Positions 36,344-45,854 of a stretch of 64,000 nt of DNA are shown piece by piece. The translations under genes were made by a program, and so were the position numbers. The notes below the pieces were generated by a model. That model did no database searches. It saw only the letters and a list, made by a program, of their open reading frames with translations, and had not been told where the DNA came from. The first letter of the stretch is position 1. Every line of letters starts with the position of its first letter. This DNA is from an uncultured Bacilli bacterium (lineage in GTDB: Bacteria > Bacillota_I > Bacilli_A > RFN20 > CAG-826). The stretch covers positions 30,602 to 94,601 of the forward strand of contig CAKPJO010000001.1 of the NCBI GenBank assembly GCA_934162685.1, read 5' to 3'.

Positions 36344-36766
36344 AGAGCGTAAGCCCTCTTTTTGTTTTGTTCTGTGGAATGTTGCAATAGAGTATGATGA
36401 TTCATTTTGCAATTAGATAAATTAAGAATCCAGATGAACTAAATGATCTAGATGCATCTGATGAAGCATCAAGAAAAAGATCTGGCCCTCTGGTAAAAAA
36501 GATCCCCGCCACGCTATAAAAACGTCGCCCCATCAAACATTCAATTTATTTTCCATTTATTTCAAAGAATCTCAAACAGAATCCTTCTCAGGTATAATTT
36601 AAAGGAGCTCACCGTTCTTGTCTGCTATTTAAAGAACTACCTTTAAATAAATCACGTAAAATTAAAAATAACTATATATAAACTCTTAGAAATTCTCAGA
36701 ATCGTTAATTTAATTACTTAATAATTCAAAACAATTAAAAAAAATAAAAAAAGTTTTTAAAACCTA

Positions 36767-36810
36767 TTGACTTATTTTTATATTCCTGTATACTTATTAG
36801 TGTAAAGGGG
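36767..36810 (+). promoter_or_regulatory. sigma-A type promoter P13 (TTGACT-16-TATACT-TATTAGTGTAAAGGGGG) inside the ORF-free island
   Basis: Family consensus; followed by an RBS and a 30-codon ORF. Confidence 0.5.
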
Positions 36811-36828
36811 GAAAGGAAATGAACCTCC

Positions 36829-36924
36829 AAAGTACCCCTTGCAGTTCTTTGAAAAATCAATATCGGTCCATTATCATTTTGGATAAAAAAGAATTCATCA
36901 CAGTGACGACGTCATAAAAAGAAC
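36829..36924 (+). CDS. 30-aa ORF (MNLQSTPCSSLKNQYRSIIILDKKEFITVTTS) with a strong RBS
   Basis: GGGGGAAAGGAAATG. The only credible ORF in 36.35-38.66 kb; may be a leader peptide. Confidence 0.3.
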
Positions 36925-38664
36925 TTAACCCGTCCACTCGTGAAAGATAGTCTGACGATATAAAGTGGGAAAATTGTGGTGGGGATAAAGTAGCGCTCTT
37001 GTCTGGAAATGACATACCTCCATAATTATGCAGTTCGGTATACTCTGGAGCTCTGTGCGAAGCGAGGCGTCGGTACCGTGATGAACTCTTTTAAAAGCTA
37101 GTACGGAACTTAGCCAAATCTCGCTGATACTATTAAAATAACATTTATCATGTTTTCTCCAACCTATATTTAAATGTATCTTATCGGTTAATTTATCATC
37201 ACAGGGAAATTGATGATGCAATGCAATACGCTATTAATTTTAACCAACATAGCACAACTTAGTGAATCCCCAATTCACTTCCCGCACTACTTTCCAAAAG
37301 ATTCATTCAAACCATCCCCTTAACAGGGATGCTACGAGGGCTCTGTTTAGAAGATCCTATAGGAACAGTTATTTATATTAATTTATAAACACCTGAACTT
37401 ATTATGGTCCCTATTTAAATGTGCAAATTTATTAACCCCTTCTTCAGAGCTTTCATAGGATCTTTGTTAGATCCAATTTTAGTTTTCATAAATAGATAAA
37501 GAGGACGCCTGCCTTGAACACACAGGTTTCCTTGAAGAGCAGAGATGGAATCAATCACCACCTTCCTATCGTGTTATAGTTACAGTTATAGTTGTTATGA
37601 TTTCATATTGATCAGTACCCTTTCTATCTCTGCTCCTTAAGGCAACTTGTTTACCTTAGCTCACACCGTATTCACCACTTTTCCTCCTGGTAGTACGGTG
37701 TTTTCGTCGTTATGCTTTTATCTTCGTTTAATAGATTCTTTTTTTATTGACACTGTGTCAGTAATATTCTGTGTCCTTATGTATCCAGATGATTACAAAA
37801 TGCAAGCACCTGATATTCTCTTATTTCTTACTTCTATCTATTTGCTCCAGTAAGTACAATTTTTTAATACTTTGCGGAGCAAAAATTGCACTTCAAATTC
37901 TTTTTTCCTCTGTTCAAGTGCAAAAAAATATCCGCCTCTCGTTGAAAAAAGGTCTGGCCTTATAGCTAATATATGAGCGATTAAGGTTAAAAAAGAGGTT
38001 TATCGCTAATATTTGAGCAGTTTCTCGTCATCGCATAGTATCCCCTGCGGGAGCGCCCTTTAGATCATTTTAATATTACTTTCTGGATCGTTTCTGGTTG
38101 TTATCTACCTCTTTTCTGGATGATGCATCAATGACATAATTCTGGTATAATTATGTAATAATTATATGCTCCGTAACTATATCATTGTAATGATACACTT
38201 TACACTATTCTACTCCATATGCTACACTACCTCCTCTCGTCCATTTCTTTTTTCGCTTATAGACATACACCAGATTTTTCGTGCCTATAAGGCCGAAAAA
38301 AATAGCGGCGCCGCAAAAAAAGTGGCCCTCCAGTAAAAAAAGTGGGGCGCCCGTGTAAAAAGTGCCCGCTCGCATAGTTTCCCCTGGCTGCGTAGTTTTA
38401 CGTCGGTTCATTTCCCTTCGACGGTTATTGCTTGCTTGGGGCTAGTTATAGGATCGCTTGGATTACGGATTTACTTTGCTTGAATAAAAATCAACTACTT
38501 AGACGGCGAGGAATAAAGGAGTGAACCTTTACTTTCGGCCCACTCCAGTCATGCAGCAAAATAAATATACTGCACAGACAATGAAACTTAACATAAGTCC
38601 ATTCATTGTTCACTCACCTCCTTTCCAATATATATTGTAACACATAAACTGTGTAATACAATCA

Positions 38665-39390
38665 TTAGTTTTTACCCACAACTGATAATCTTACCGTTGG
38701 AAAGATAGGACACATCATATCAAAATAATTTGCTGTGTATTCAGAAGATTCTTTTTCTTCATCAGTTAGTCCTATAGCAACTCTTTTTAACATAGAATCT
38801 GGTTTAAAGTCATCTGTGAGAACATCTATATCCACAGGAGTGCCATAGATTTTATTAATTGCATCATAGATTTTATCTTCTCCAAATCGTTCTAAATGTT
38901 CGTAATTAATAGCTAAGTTGCCAAATACTTGTAGCTGAGACACCCAGTTTTCTCTTGCTATAATTTCTTCTAATGGAAGTAAGACGTTGCTAATTGGAAA
39001 TATAGGAAACACTTTCTTACGCTTATCAATACGAGTTAAATCAATTAATAATTGTTGTGCTTCTAAAAGAGCTGATATAATAGATGAATCTTTTAACAAA
39101 GAATTATGACATCCTTCTAATCGATGACTATCTTTTCTTTTTAATGCTCTTATATAAGATCTGGTAATTTGATTTAAATCTCCTTGAATACCTAAAGAAT
39201 GTACACGTTCTAATAAAGCTCCGACGTGAAGGTCTCCATGACCTTGTAAAAAATCATATTCAACTGCAACAAGTTGTTGATCCCAAGTCATGGTATTAAC
39301 ATAATCTTCTGTGATTTCATCATTTAATTTAATGGAGTTATAGACTCTGACAATGTGTGTAATAATTTTGTATCTTAATTCGTTTTTCAT
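38665..39390 (-). CDS. hypothetical protein
   Basis: RBS GGAGGAA. Last gene of the minus block. Confidence 0.55.
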   Translation of the reverse strand: MKNELRYKIITHIVRVYNSIKLNDEITEDYVNTMTWDQQLVAVEYDFLQGHGDLHVGALLERVHSLGIQGDLNQITRSYIRALKRKDSHRLEGCHNSLLKDSSIISALLEAQQLLIDLTRIDKRKKVFPIFPISNVLLPLEEIIARENWVSQLQVFGNLAINYEHLERFGEDKIYDAINKIYGTPVDIDVLTDDFKPDSMLKRVAIGLTDEEKESSEYTANYFDMMCPIFPTVRLSVVGKN

Positions 39391-39410
39391 AATTTTTCCT
39401 CCTAATACTT

Positions 39411-39428
39411 GTTCCTATTTAATTAATA
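39411..39428 (-). promoter_or_regulatory. conserved AAAATTAAATAGGAAC box (minus sense) upstream of 38665..39390
   Basis: Minus-sense reading TGGTATAATgttattaattAAATAGGAACAAG, then RBS. Member of a 9-copy motif family. Confidence 0.5.
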
Positions 39429-39491
39429 ACATTATACCACAAGCGTTATTGAAACACAAGTGGTATAATAATTTTGGTTAATTAATATGAA

Positions 39492-39764
39492 CTACCATTC
39501 ACGATAATATTTTGTGTATGAAGTATTAGGATAAAGCTTAGAATCTTCTGCTTCTTCACATTCGGTAACAGTAATTTCAACGTGATGAGTATGACATCTT
39601 GTTTCATCAGCCATTACTTCATCTACTTTCTGTTTAAGAGCGTTGGATACTTTTGAGAAGTTATCCATAGGTTCTGTTACTCTGAACTCAAGAGTGGGTT
39701 CATTCATTTCATCACAACTAACAATTTTACAACTTCCAATATAAACAATTTTTCTCATTTTCAT
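39492..39764 (-). CDS. hypothetical protein
   Basis: RBS AGGAGGAAA. Confidence 0.5.
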   Translation of the reverse strand: MKMRKIVYIGSCKIVSCDEMNEPTLEFRVTEPMDNFSKVSNALKQKVDEVMADETRCHTHHVEITVTECEEAEDSKLYPNTSYTKYYREW

Positions 39765-39779
39765 TTTCCTCCTTATTGT

Positions 39780-40058
39780 TTATTTATTAAGATATACTTT
39801 TTTGTCATTATAGCCTAGATCTTTAATAATCTCTGGTAAATGTTCTGTTCCGAATCCTAATGATTCATAATTATTGAATCCAAAAACTTCGTCCATTTGT
39901 ATTTGTTCGTGCCATACATTAAATATGTGAGCGTGATTACCTTTCTCGCAAACACAACAACACCAACCTTCTTCTCTTCCTATATATTGTCCTGTCCAAA
40001 CATCTCCAAATGCGTCTTTTACTTTGTACCAATGACCTTTAATGAATTTACTTTTCAT
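39780..40058 (-). CDS. hypothetical protein
   Basis: RBS AAGGAGGAAC. Confidence 0.5.
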   Translation of the reverse strand: MKSKFIKGHWYKVKDAFGDVWTGQYIGREEGWCCCVCEKGNHAHIFNVWHEQIQMDEVFGFNNYESLGFGTEHLPEIIKDLGYNDKKVYLNK

Positions 40059-40094
40059 AACGTAGTTCCTCCTTTATTTTAGTTATGATAGAAT

Positions 40095-40112
40095 GTTCCT
40101 ATTGAATTTTAA
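40095..40112 (-). promoter_or_regulatory. conserved box (AAAATTCAATAGGAAC, minus sense)
   Basis: 37 nt upstream of the ATG of 39780..40058. Confidence 0.5.
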
Positions 40113-40119
40113 TTTTTAA

Positions 40120-40893
40120 TTATTTAATAATACGAATCTTAAGTTGTTCTGGATATGATATACCTGCTACACTTAATACATCATAACAAATTTCTATGAA
40201 TGATAAATCTTTATATTCTTCATCAAACATACAAGCCCCACCATCATCTTCTTTCAATTTGTTTTTCCATATTTCTATGTTCTCTTCTGTTATTTTATCT
40301 TGTATTTCGGGATTATTTTCATACACCTCATAATAAGCGTATGATTCATATCCTTCTTCATCATCTTCTTCACTTAAATCTGAAGTTCCTTCGCAAATAT
40401 GAAAAATCCAATGTTCATGTTCATAATCATTAGAATCTCCTACGGCTACCCAGAAATCTGTTTTAGTATCTGGACGTCCTTCAATTTTCATCTGAGATAA
40501 TTTTCTCATATTTTCTTGCCCTTTATAGACATCATTTATATCTACATTAAATGCTTGATGAGCAATTAATTCAAGCCAATCAATATAATATGGTTGAATA
40601 TTTTGATTGTTTTTACATTCTTCTAAAAGTTCTGCGAATGATTTACTATAAACATCTTGTAAACCATAAATTTCATTTAAGTCATCAAGAATATAATTAT
40701 CATAATATATGTCTAATCTATCTAATACAGCTGCTGTATTATCAAAACGATCCTTTTCGATTTTACCAAGATTAGCACCTTGTAAATCTTCTAAGCTATA
40801 ATATTGTATTCCTTCTACTTCTTCCTGTTTGATTAATTTGAAGTCCAAGTCCGATAACAACATAGCACAAATTTTTGCATAATTCTTTTTCAT
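40120..40893 (-). CDS. acidic hypothetical protein
   Basis: RBS AAAGGAGGAAAT. Confidence 0.55.
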   Translation of the reverse strand: MKKNYAKICAMLLSDLDFKLIKQEEVEGIQYYSLEDLQGANLGKIEKDRFDNTAAVLDRLDIYYDNYILDDLNEIYGLQDVYSKSFAELLEECKNNQNIQPYYIDWLELIAHQAFNVDINDVYKGQENMRKLSQMKIEGRPDTKTDFWVAVGDSNDYEHEHWIFHICEGTSDLSEEDDEEGYESYAYYEVYENNPEIQDKITEENIEIWKNKLKEDDGGACMFDEEYKDLSFIEICYDVLSVAGISYPEQLKIRIIK

Positions 40894-40930
40894 ACATTAT
40901 TTCCTCCTTTGTATGATTTAATAAACAACT

Positions 40931-40950
40931 GTTCCTATTTAATTTTTAAA
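40931..40950 (-). promoter_or_regulatory. conserved box (AAAAATTAAATAGGAAC, minus sense)
   Basis: 38 nt upstream of the ATG at 40893. Confidence 0.5.
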
Positions 40951-40963
40951 CTCTTGTTTAGCT

Positions 40964-41146
40964 TTAGTCTAATAATAAACAAAGCAATAATAATAAAATA
41001 AAAGGCCAAATTGGATAACCTTCTCTTTTAACTTGTTTGAACAAGAAATATAAAACCGCTCCTACAAACACCAATAAGAAAATTGCAACTTCCATATTGC
41101 ACATTCCTCCTTTCTTTTTAATTATTGAGGTGATAATCCACACCAA
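40964..41146 (-). CDS. small membrane protein
   Basis: Hydrophobic; RBS AAGGAGGAATG. Confidence 0.45.
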   Translation of the reverse strand: MVWIITSIIKKKGGMCNMEVAIFLLVFVGAVLYFLFKQVKREGYPIWPFILLLLLCLLLD

Positions 41147-41229
41147 AGTACGAAAAACAAAAGTAATAATAAAGCTAAAACTAAATAAGTATAATCTTCA
41201 TTACTCATAATATTTTCTCCTTTCTTTTA

Positions 41230-41859
41230 TTAGTGTTGATGGAAGAAAGTCATTTGACCTAACATCATCTTCCAACAATTTTTACAAGTTTTACAACTTC
41301 CTGGACATTGATATCCGCCAGCTGGTACACTTGCTTTGAATTCGGATGATTCCTTGAATTCCACATATGTAACAGGAAGCAGATATTTATTCTTAACTGT
41401 TTTATTGTATTCTTCGTCCCACATACTTAAAACAATTTTAAGATTTATAGGAAGTTTTTCAATACCGTGTTTGTCAATCCATTCATTGATTAACTCCCAT
41501 TTCTTAGTAAATGCTAAGAACATTGTTTGAGGACAAGCTAACGCAACTCTAACCATACCATCTAAATATTGTTCATCAACGATATCTCCTGATGAATGCC
41601 ATCTAAAATATTTATATGTGACATCGTCATTGTTTAAATATTTAATGACTTCATCAAAGAACGCTACGCTATCTTCATTATATGAATTATAATTATCCAT
41701 ATGAGACTTTTTAACGTTTGGATATAAATGAGTTCCTCTACGAGCGTAGCAAAGTTTTGCACAAGGTGCATTTCTTCTACAAGTGATGATTGGTGGGAGA
41801 TTTAAAGTTGGAATCTTATCTCCTAATTTACTATTTTGCAAACTGATGTGTACTAACAT
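41230..41859 (-). CDS. Cys-rich hypothetical protein (CRRNAPCAKLCY...CPGSCKTCKNC)
   Basis: RBS AGGAGGAAAAATG; probable metal-binding clusters. Confidence 0.55.
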   Translation of the reverse strand: MLVHISLQNSKLGDKIPTLNLPPIITCRRNAPCAKLCYARRGTHLYPNVKKSHMDNYNSYNEDSVAFFDEVIKYLNNDDVTYKYFRWHSSGDIVDEQYLDGMVRVALACPQTMFLAFTKKWELINEWIDKHGIEKLPINLKIVLSMWDEEYNKTVKNKYLLPVTYVEFKESSEFKASVPAGGYQCPGSCKTCKNCWKMMLGQMTFFHQH

Positions 41860-41905
41860 AACATTTTTCCTCCTTATATATAATTTGTTATGAATCGACT
41901 CGACT

Positions 41906-41925
41906 GTTCCTATTTAATTTTTAAT
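41906..41925 (-). promoter_or_regulatory. conserved box (AAAAATTAAATAGGAAC, minus sense)
   Basis: 47 nt upstream of the ATG at 41859. Confidence 0.5.
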
Positions 41926-41933
41926 TTATATGT

Positions 41934-42740
41934 TTATTCTATTAAAGAATAACACTCTATATGACCTTCTTTGTCAATAAACTTAATATTATATTTCCTA
42001 ATATTATTTAATTTGTCAACTTCTTCTGTAAATGTTCTAAATTCATCTTCTGAATAAGCATAATTTTCAGGCATAAAGACATCTCGATAATATTGATATG
42101 ATTTTTGATCTTTAGATTCATCAGCTTCTATTTCTTGTTTATCCTCATCATCAAGGTCACCAAAATTTTCTTCATATTCAAATTGATCATAAACTGCATT
42201 GACTCCAAAATAAGAAACATAAGCTTCGTGATGTTCTGTGTCAATAGTAATTTCAACATCACCTTCTGACCATGCTTGGGTGTCATCCATATCTTTGTCA
42301 AAGATACCAATTAAACCATAGTTTCTATTATAAGTAAATGCTCCATCTTCAGCCATTCTATCTTCAATAAGCTTTAATGCTTCGTCAGATAAACCAATAT
42401 CATGTTTAAGATAGTAATAGAAATTTTTACAAATAGGTCCTCGTAAATTTTCTGGAATATTGTTTCCATTATGTAAATTATTGTCTTCACAGAATTTTTG
42501 CCAATATCCTTCGTAAGTGATATTAATTCTCTTATTAGATCTCAACATAGCTTCTAAAGCGATTTGTTTAGCATTTGCTTCTGGAAATTGTTTCATCATC
42601 TCATTCATTAATTCTAACATAACAAGAGTATTAGCTGCTGCGCTATCTGTATAAGCTGACCAGTGTTGATAAACATTTGCAACTCTTTCTTCTGTTTTTC
42701 CATCATAAACTGTAATAACTAATCTTTGTCCCATAATCAT
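41934..42740 (-). CDS. acidic hypothetical protein
   Basis: RBS AAGAGGAAAATG. Confidence 0.55.
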   Translation of the reverse strand: MIMGQRLVITVYDGKTEERVANVYQHWSAYTDSAAANTLVMLELMNEMMKQFPEANAKQIALEAMLRSNKRINITYEGYWQKFCEDNNLHNGNNIPENLRGPICKNFYYYLKHDIGLSDEALKLIEDRMAEDGAFTYNRNYGLIGIFDKDMDDTQAWSEGDVEITIDTEHHEAYVSYFGVNAVYDQFEYEENFGDLDDEDKQEIEADESKDQKSYQYYRDVFMPENYAYSEDEFRTFTEEVDKLNNIRKYNIKFIDKEGHIECYSLIE

Positions 42741-42783
42741 TTTCCTCTTTTCTTTTAAATTTTTGGGAAGCCTATATGGCTTT

Positions 42784-42801
42784 GTTCCTATTTAATTTTA
42801 A
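42784..42801 (-). promoter_or_regulatory. conserved box (AAAATTAAATAGGAAC, minus sense)
   Basis: 44 nt upstream of the ATG at 42740. Confidence 0.5.
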
Positions 42802-42806
42802 CATCT

Positions 42807-43106
42807 TTACTTCAATAGTTCAAGAATTTTTTGTTTGTATTCAGATTCTTTGCACCATTGATTTGGTCCACCACGAAAATCTGTTAATGATTCTGCTGTT
42901 CTATACATTGCTAAACCATTTACTAGTTCTGTTGTGATGTAAACAATCTTTTCATTGTCTGTGTTTTGAATAAAACCAATACATCCAACTTTGTGGTAGC
43001 AAGTAACATCATCTCGTAAATAAAACTTTAGATTTTTACAATCTCTAAACATATATTTAATAGCGCGTACAGATTTTCCTTTGCTTGGTAATAAATAATT
43101 TCTCAT
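42807..43106 (-). CDS. hypothetical protein
   Basis: Coupled to 43109..43387. Confidence 0.5.
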   Translation of the reverse strand: MRNYLLPSKGKSVRAIKYMFRDCKNLKFYLRDDVTCYHKVGCIGFIQNTDNEKIVYITTELVNGLAMYRTAESLTDFRGGPNQWCKESEYKQKILELLK

Positions 43107-43108
43107 TT

Positions 43109-43387
43109 TTATTTTCCTCCTATTGGTTTAATAAGAATAACTTCAACATCATTATCAGGGTCATCTGTTCCTGATTCAATATAAATGGTAATGCGAACAT
43201 CTTCATCTTCTTGTGGAGTAACATCAGCTTCTTCGTTACGAATGATTTGTACATTAGGAATTGTTTGAATAGCCGATATATATTCTTTTACCATATTTTT
43301 TGCTTCTTTTAAAGAATTAAAATAATGAATAGAAGAAGAATGATGGTCACAAATTTCTGCATATACTCTTCTTTTTTGTTTTTTCAT
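43109..43387 (-). CDS. hypothetical protein
   Basis: RBS AGGAGGAATC. Confidence 0.5.
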   Translation of the reverse strand: MKKQKRRVYAEICDHHSSSIHYFNSLKEAKNMVKEYISAIQTIPNVQIIRNEEADVTPQEDEDVRITIYIESGTDDPDNDVEVILIKPIGGK

Positions 43388-43410
43388 CTTGATTCCTCCT
43401 TTCTTTAGAA

Positions 43411-43698
43411 CTAGTCAGCATAACCTGCCGCTAGTTCTAATAAATCCCATTTATCCATTTGATCAATTTCTGCCCAAGATTTTTCTCTTCTTAAAGCATG
43501 TAACATTTCAACATAGCAATCAGGATTAAGATTATTAGGATCTTTTAATCCTAAATAACTTGCGTGACCGCATAATTGTTCAAATTCTTCATCATCAATG
43601 TTTACATCATATAAACATTGTACCGCATTCGCAATATTTACATCCCATACACTAATATTCTTTTCATTTAAGACTTCTAATTTTTGTTTGTAATTCAT
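43411..43698 (-). CDS. hypothetical protein
   Basis: RBS AGGAGGAAAATAATTATG. Confidence 0.5.
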   Translation of the reverse strand: MNYKQKLEVLNEKNISVWDVNIANAVQCLYDVNIDDEEFEQLCGHASYLGLKDPNNLNPDCYVEMLHALRREKSWAEIDQMDKWDLLELAAGYAD

Positions 43699-43732
43699 AA
43701 TTATTTTCCTCCTATATATGAATTTAACGACT

Positions 43733-43750
43733 GTTCCTATTGATTTATGT
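43733..43750 (-). promoter_or_regulatory. conserved box (variant ATAAATCAATAGGAAC, minus sense)
   Basis: 35 nt upstream of the ATG at 43698. Confidence 0.45.
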
Positions 43751-43769
43751 ATTAAAATGAATAATAAAA

Positions 43770-44231
43770 TTATTTACTTAATAAGCGACGTATTCTTTCT
43801 ATTACTTGCGGTATCAATCTATCATTGATATATGCAGCAGAATATTTATTTTGAACATCATCTATTTTTGCTTTTTCTGTAATGTCAGAATATCCTTGTT
43901 CAAAAAGAAGCGAAACTTGTCTTAATTTATTGTACGTTGATATGTAGTCATATAATTCATCAAGTTCTTCTTCTGTTAAAGGTGTTGCTTCCATTGTTTT
44001 TCTAAATTCTGTTTGTGTCAATAATCCTTGAGAATAATAATCAGGATATCCTTCAGGACGACCTAATATGACCATATTGAGATAGTCCCAATGTGGAGAT
44101 TTTTCATCTCGTTCTTTAACAAATTGAGGTTCTCTTAACCAATATCTGCGTCCAATTTTATTACGACCTAATAAATAATGATTGACTCCTAAATAAACTT
44201 TTGTTTGTTTTAACATTTTTCTTTTACGCAT
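43770..44231 (-). CDS. hypothetical protein (paralog of 45851..46339)
   Basis: Shared YWL(Q/R)xP(E/Q)(W/F) N-terminal and GYSxxT(D/E)xAKID...ERI(D/R)xLL C-terminal blocks. Confidence 0.55.
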   Translation of the reverse strand: MRKRKMLKQTKVYLGVNHYLLGRNKIGRRYWLREPQFVKERDEKSPHWDYLNMVILGRPEGYPDYYSQGLLTQTEFRKTMEATPLTEEELDELYDYISTYNKLRQVSLLFEQGYSDITEKAKIDDVQNKYSAAYINDRLIPQVIERIRRLLSK

Positions 44232-44271
44232 ATTTTTCTTCCTCCTATTTAACTAATAAGTAAAAGAGAGA

Positions 44272-44745
44272 TTATCCGAAGACAATCTCTCCAAATAAAG
44301 CCCATTGGATAATTAAATCTCCACTTACAGCATCAGCATAATCACCAAGATAATCTTCAACATCATCATATCCTGCGTGAGCCATTTCTTTTCCAAGACC
44401 TTCTAATACTCGATCAAGTGTTAACTTCCAAGGGTCACCTTCTACTCCTTTTTCGTGATTTAAATCATCTTCGCCTTCTCCCTCAGCATCTTCAAATCCA
44501 ACATAGCCTCCATTCCATAAGATATAAGCTGCTACATCTGAACAGAAAACATCTTCATCTTCAGGATGTTCCTTTTTATATTTTTCTTCCCAGTTTTTCC
44601 AATTTTTTGAAGCGTTATCAAGCATTGCCCAATAACCAATTCCACCTTCAAGTGCAATAGCCATAACATCACATAAATTATCTTGTATAATTTCAACTGT
44701 CTTTGTAATAGTGATTTTTTTAGTTTCTACGTTTTTCATAATCAT
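44272..44745 (-). CDS. acidic hypothetical protein
   Basis: RBS GAGGAAAAATG. Confidence 0.5.
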   Translation of the reverse strand: MIMKNVETKKITITKTVEIIQDNLCDVMAIALEGGIGYWAMLDNASKNWKNWEEKYKKEHPEDEDVFCSDVAAYILWNGGYVGFEDAEGEGEDDLNHEKGVEGDPWKLTLDRVLEGLGKEMAHAGYDDVEDYLGDYADAVSGDLIIQWALFGEIVFG

Positions 44746-44768
44746 TTTTCCTCGATTCTTTGAATTTT

Positions 44769-44803
44769 GTTCCTATTTAGTTTTAATGTTCCTATTTGAT
44801 TTG
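44769..44803 (-). promoter_or_regulatory. two tandem conserved boxes (AAACTAAATAGGAAC; AAATCAAATAGGAAC, minus sense)
   Basis: 24 and 43 nt upstream of the ATG at 44745. Confidence 0.5.
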
Positions 44804-45067
44804 TTCTTTTAGTTTTTTGATTTCTCTTTGCATACGATCCATATTGTCAACTACATCGTTTGTGTATTCAACAATTTTTCTTTCATTATATTCTTCTAAA
44901 TTTTCATTACGACAATAAGGACAAACTCCTCTTGTACCATAATGATAAGCGTGATATGGATCATAAAGACCATATTCATCTTCATAACAGAATCGTTCTT
45001 CTTCAAGATCATCTTCTGTCATAAAATGTTCACAATTTGGACAAAAATATATCATTTTGTTCACCAC
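44792..45067 (-). CDS. zinc-ribbon protein (CPNC...CPYC)
   Basis: RBS AAAGGTGGTG. Confidence 0.5.
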   Translation of the reverse strand: MVNKMIYFCPNCEHFMTEDDLEEERFCYEDEYGLYDPYHAYHYGTRGVCPYCRNENLEEYNERKIVEYTNDVVDNMDRMQREIKKLKEQIK

Positions 45068-45073
45068 CTTTCT

Positions 45074-45532
45074 TTATTTAACAGCAAGAATATCTTTAAT
45101 ATTTTTATTAAAGACTTCTGGAGTTTCTTTCTTAACCCATTGAGAAGGTTGAGTAACTCCCATAGCTTCTTCTTTTGTTATTGAATTACCATCAAAATAA
45201 TAACCAATAACTTTTGGACGATGAAGGAATATTTTAGATGTTGTCATTCGGATGTATGTTTCACCTTTATTTTCAATCATCCATCTATTTTTCCATTCTC
45301 CCCAAGGCAAGACTTCTTTAATTTCACCTACCATTCCAATAGCTTGTCTTTTTTCAATAACAGATTTAATATTAGAATATCTAACACCAAATCTTACTAC
45401 AGATTGTACTACTTTTGTAATAATGTGTCCTTTAAAATTTTTGTTTGGAGTAATGTTTGTTTGATATGTTACTTGAACATAAGCTCCTTGATGTTTATTT
45501 GAAATAATATTTAATAATTCTTGTTTTTCCAT
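45074..45532 (-). CDS. hypothetical protein
   Basis: RBS AGAGAGGAAAAATTATCATG. Confidence 0.5.
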   Translation of the reverse strand: MEKQELLNIISNKHQGAYVQVTYQTNITPNKNFKGHIITKVVQSVVRFGVRYSNIKSVIEKRQAIGMVGEIKEVLPWGEWKNRWMIENKGETYIRMTTSKIFLHRPKVIGYYFDGNSITKEEAMGVTQPSQWVKKETPEVFNKNIKDILAVK

Positions 45533-45596
45533 GATAATTTTTCCTCTCTTTCTATATATATTATATCATGTTTAATAATGTTTGTAAAGACAAAGA

Positions 45597-45854
45597 CTAT
45601 CCTAAATAGATAGCTTTGTCTTTGTCGTCTAAAATCATTAAGTCGTGGTTTATAGATTCATAATATTCTCTAGTAGATGAACCTTCTGCTTTTTCAATAC
45701 TTTTAATTGTTTCTCCTGAATAATATAAAGCATGATATCCGTTAGCCTCTTCATCATCTGTGACAAATATCACATAATCGCCGTGACCTTTTCGAATTTC
45801 TTCTCTAAGATATTTATATAAATCTTCGACTGTTAACGCTCCACATTTTGTCAT
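45597..45854 (-). CDS. hypothetical protein
   Basis: RBS AGGAGGTGAAAG; overlaps the upstream stop. Confidence 0.5.
   Translation of the reverse strand: MTKCGALTVEDLYKYLREEIRKGHGDYVIFVTDDEEANGYHALYYSGETIKSIEKAEGSSTREYYESINHDLMILDDKDKAIYLG

Noticed and set aside
33136-38664. tRNA genes in the ORF-free islands
   Set aside because: I scanned for T-arm GTTC(G/A)A(A/T)TC contexts with matching acceptor stems and found none. The hairpins present (e.g. CGTCGgttcatttcccttCGACG at 38398) do not form cloverleaves.
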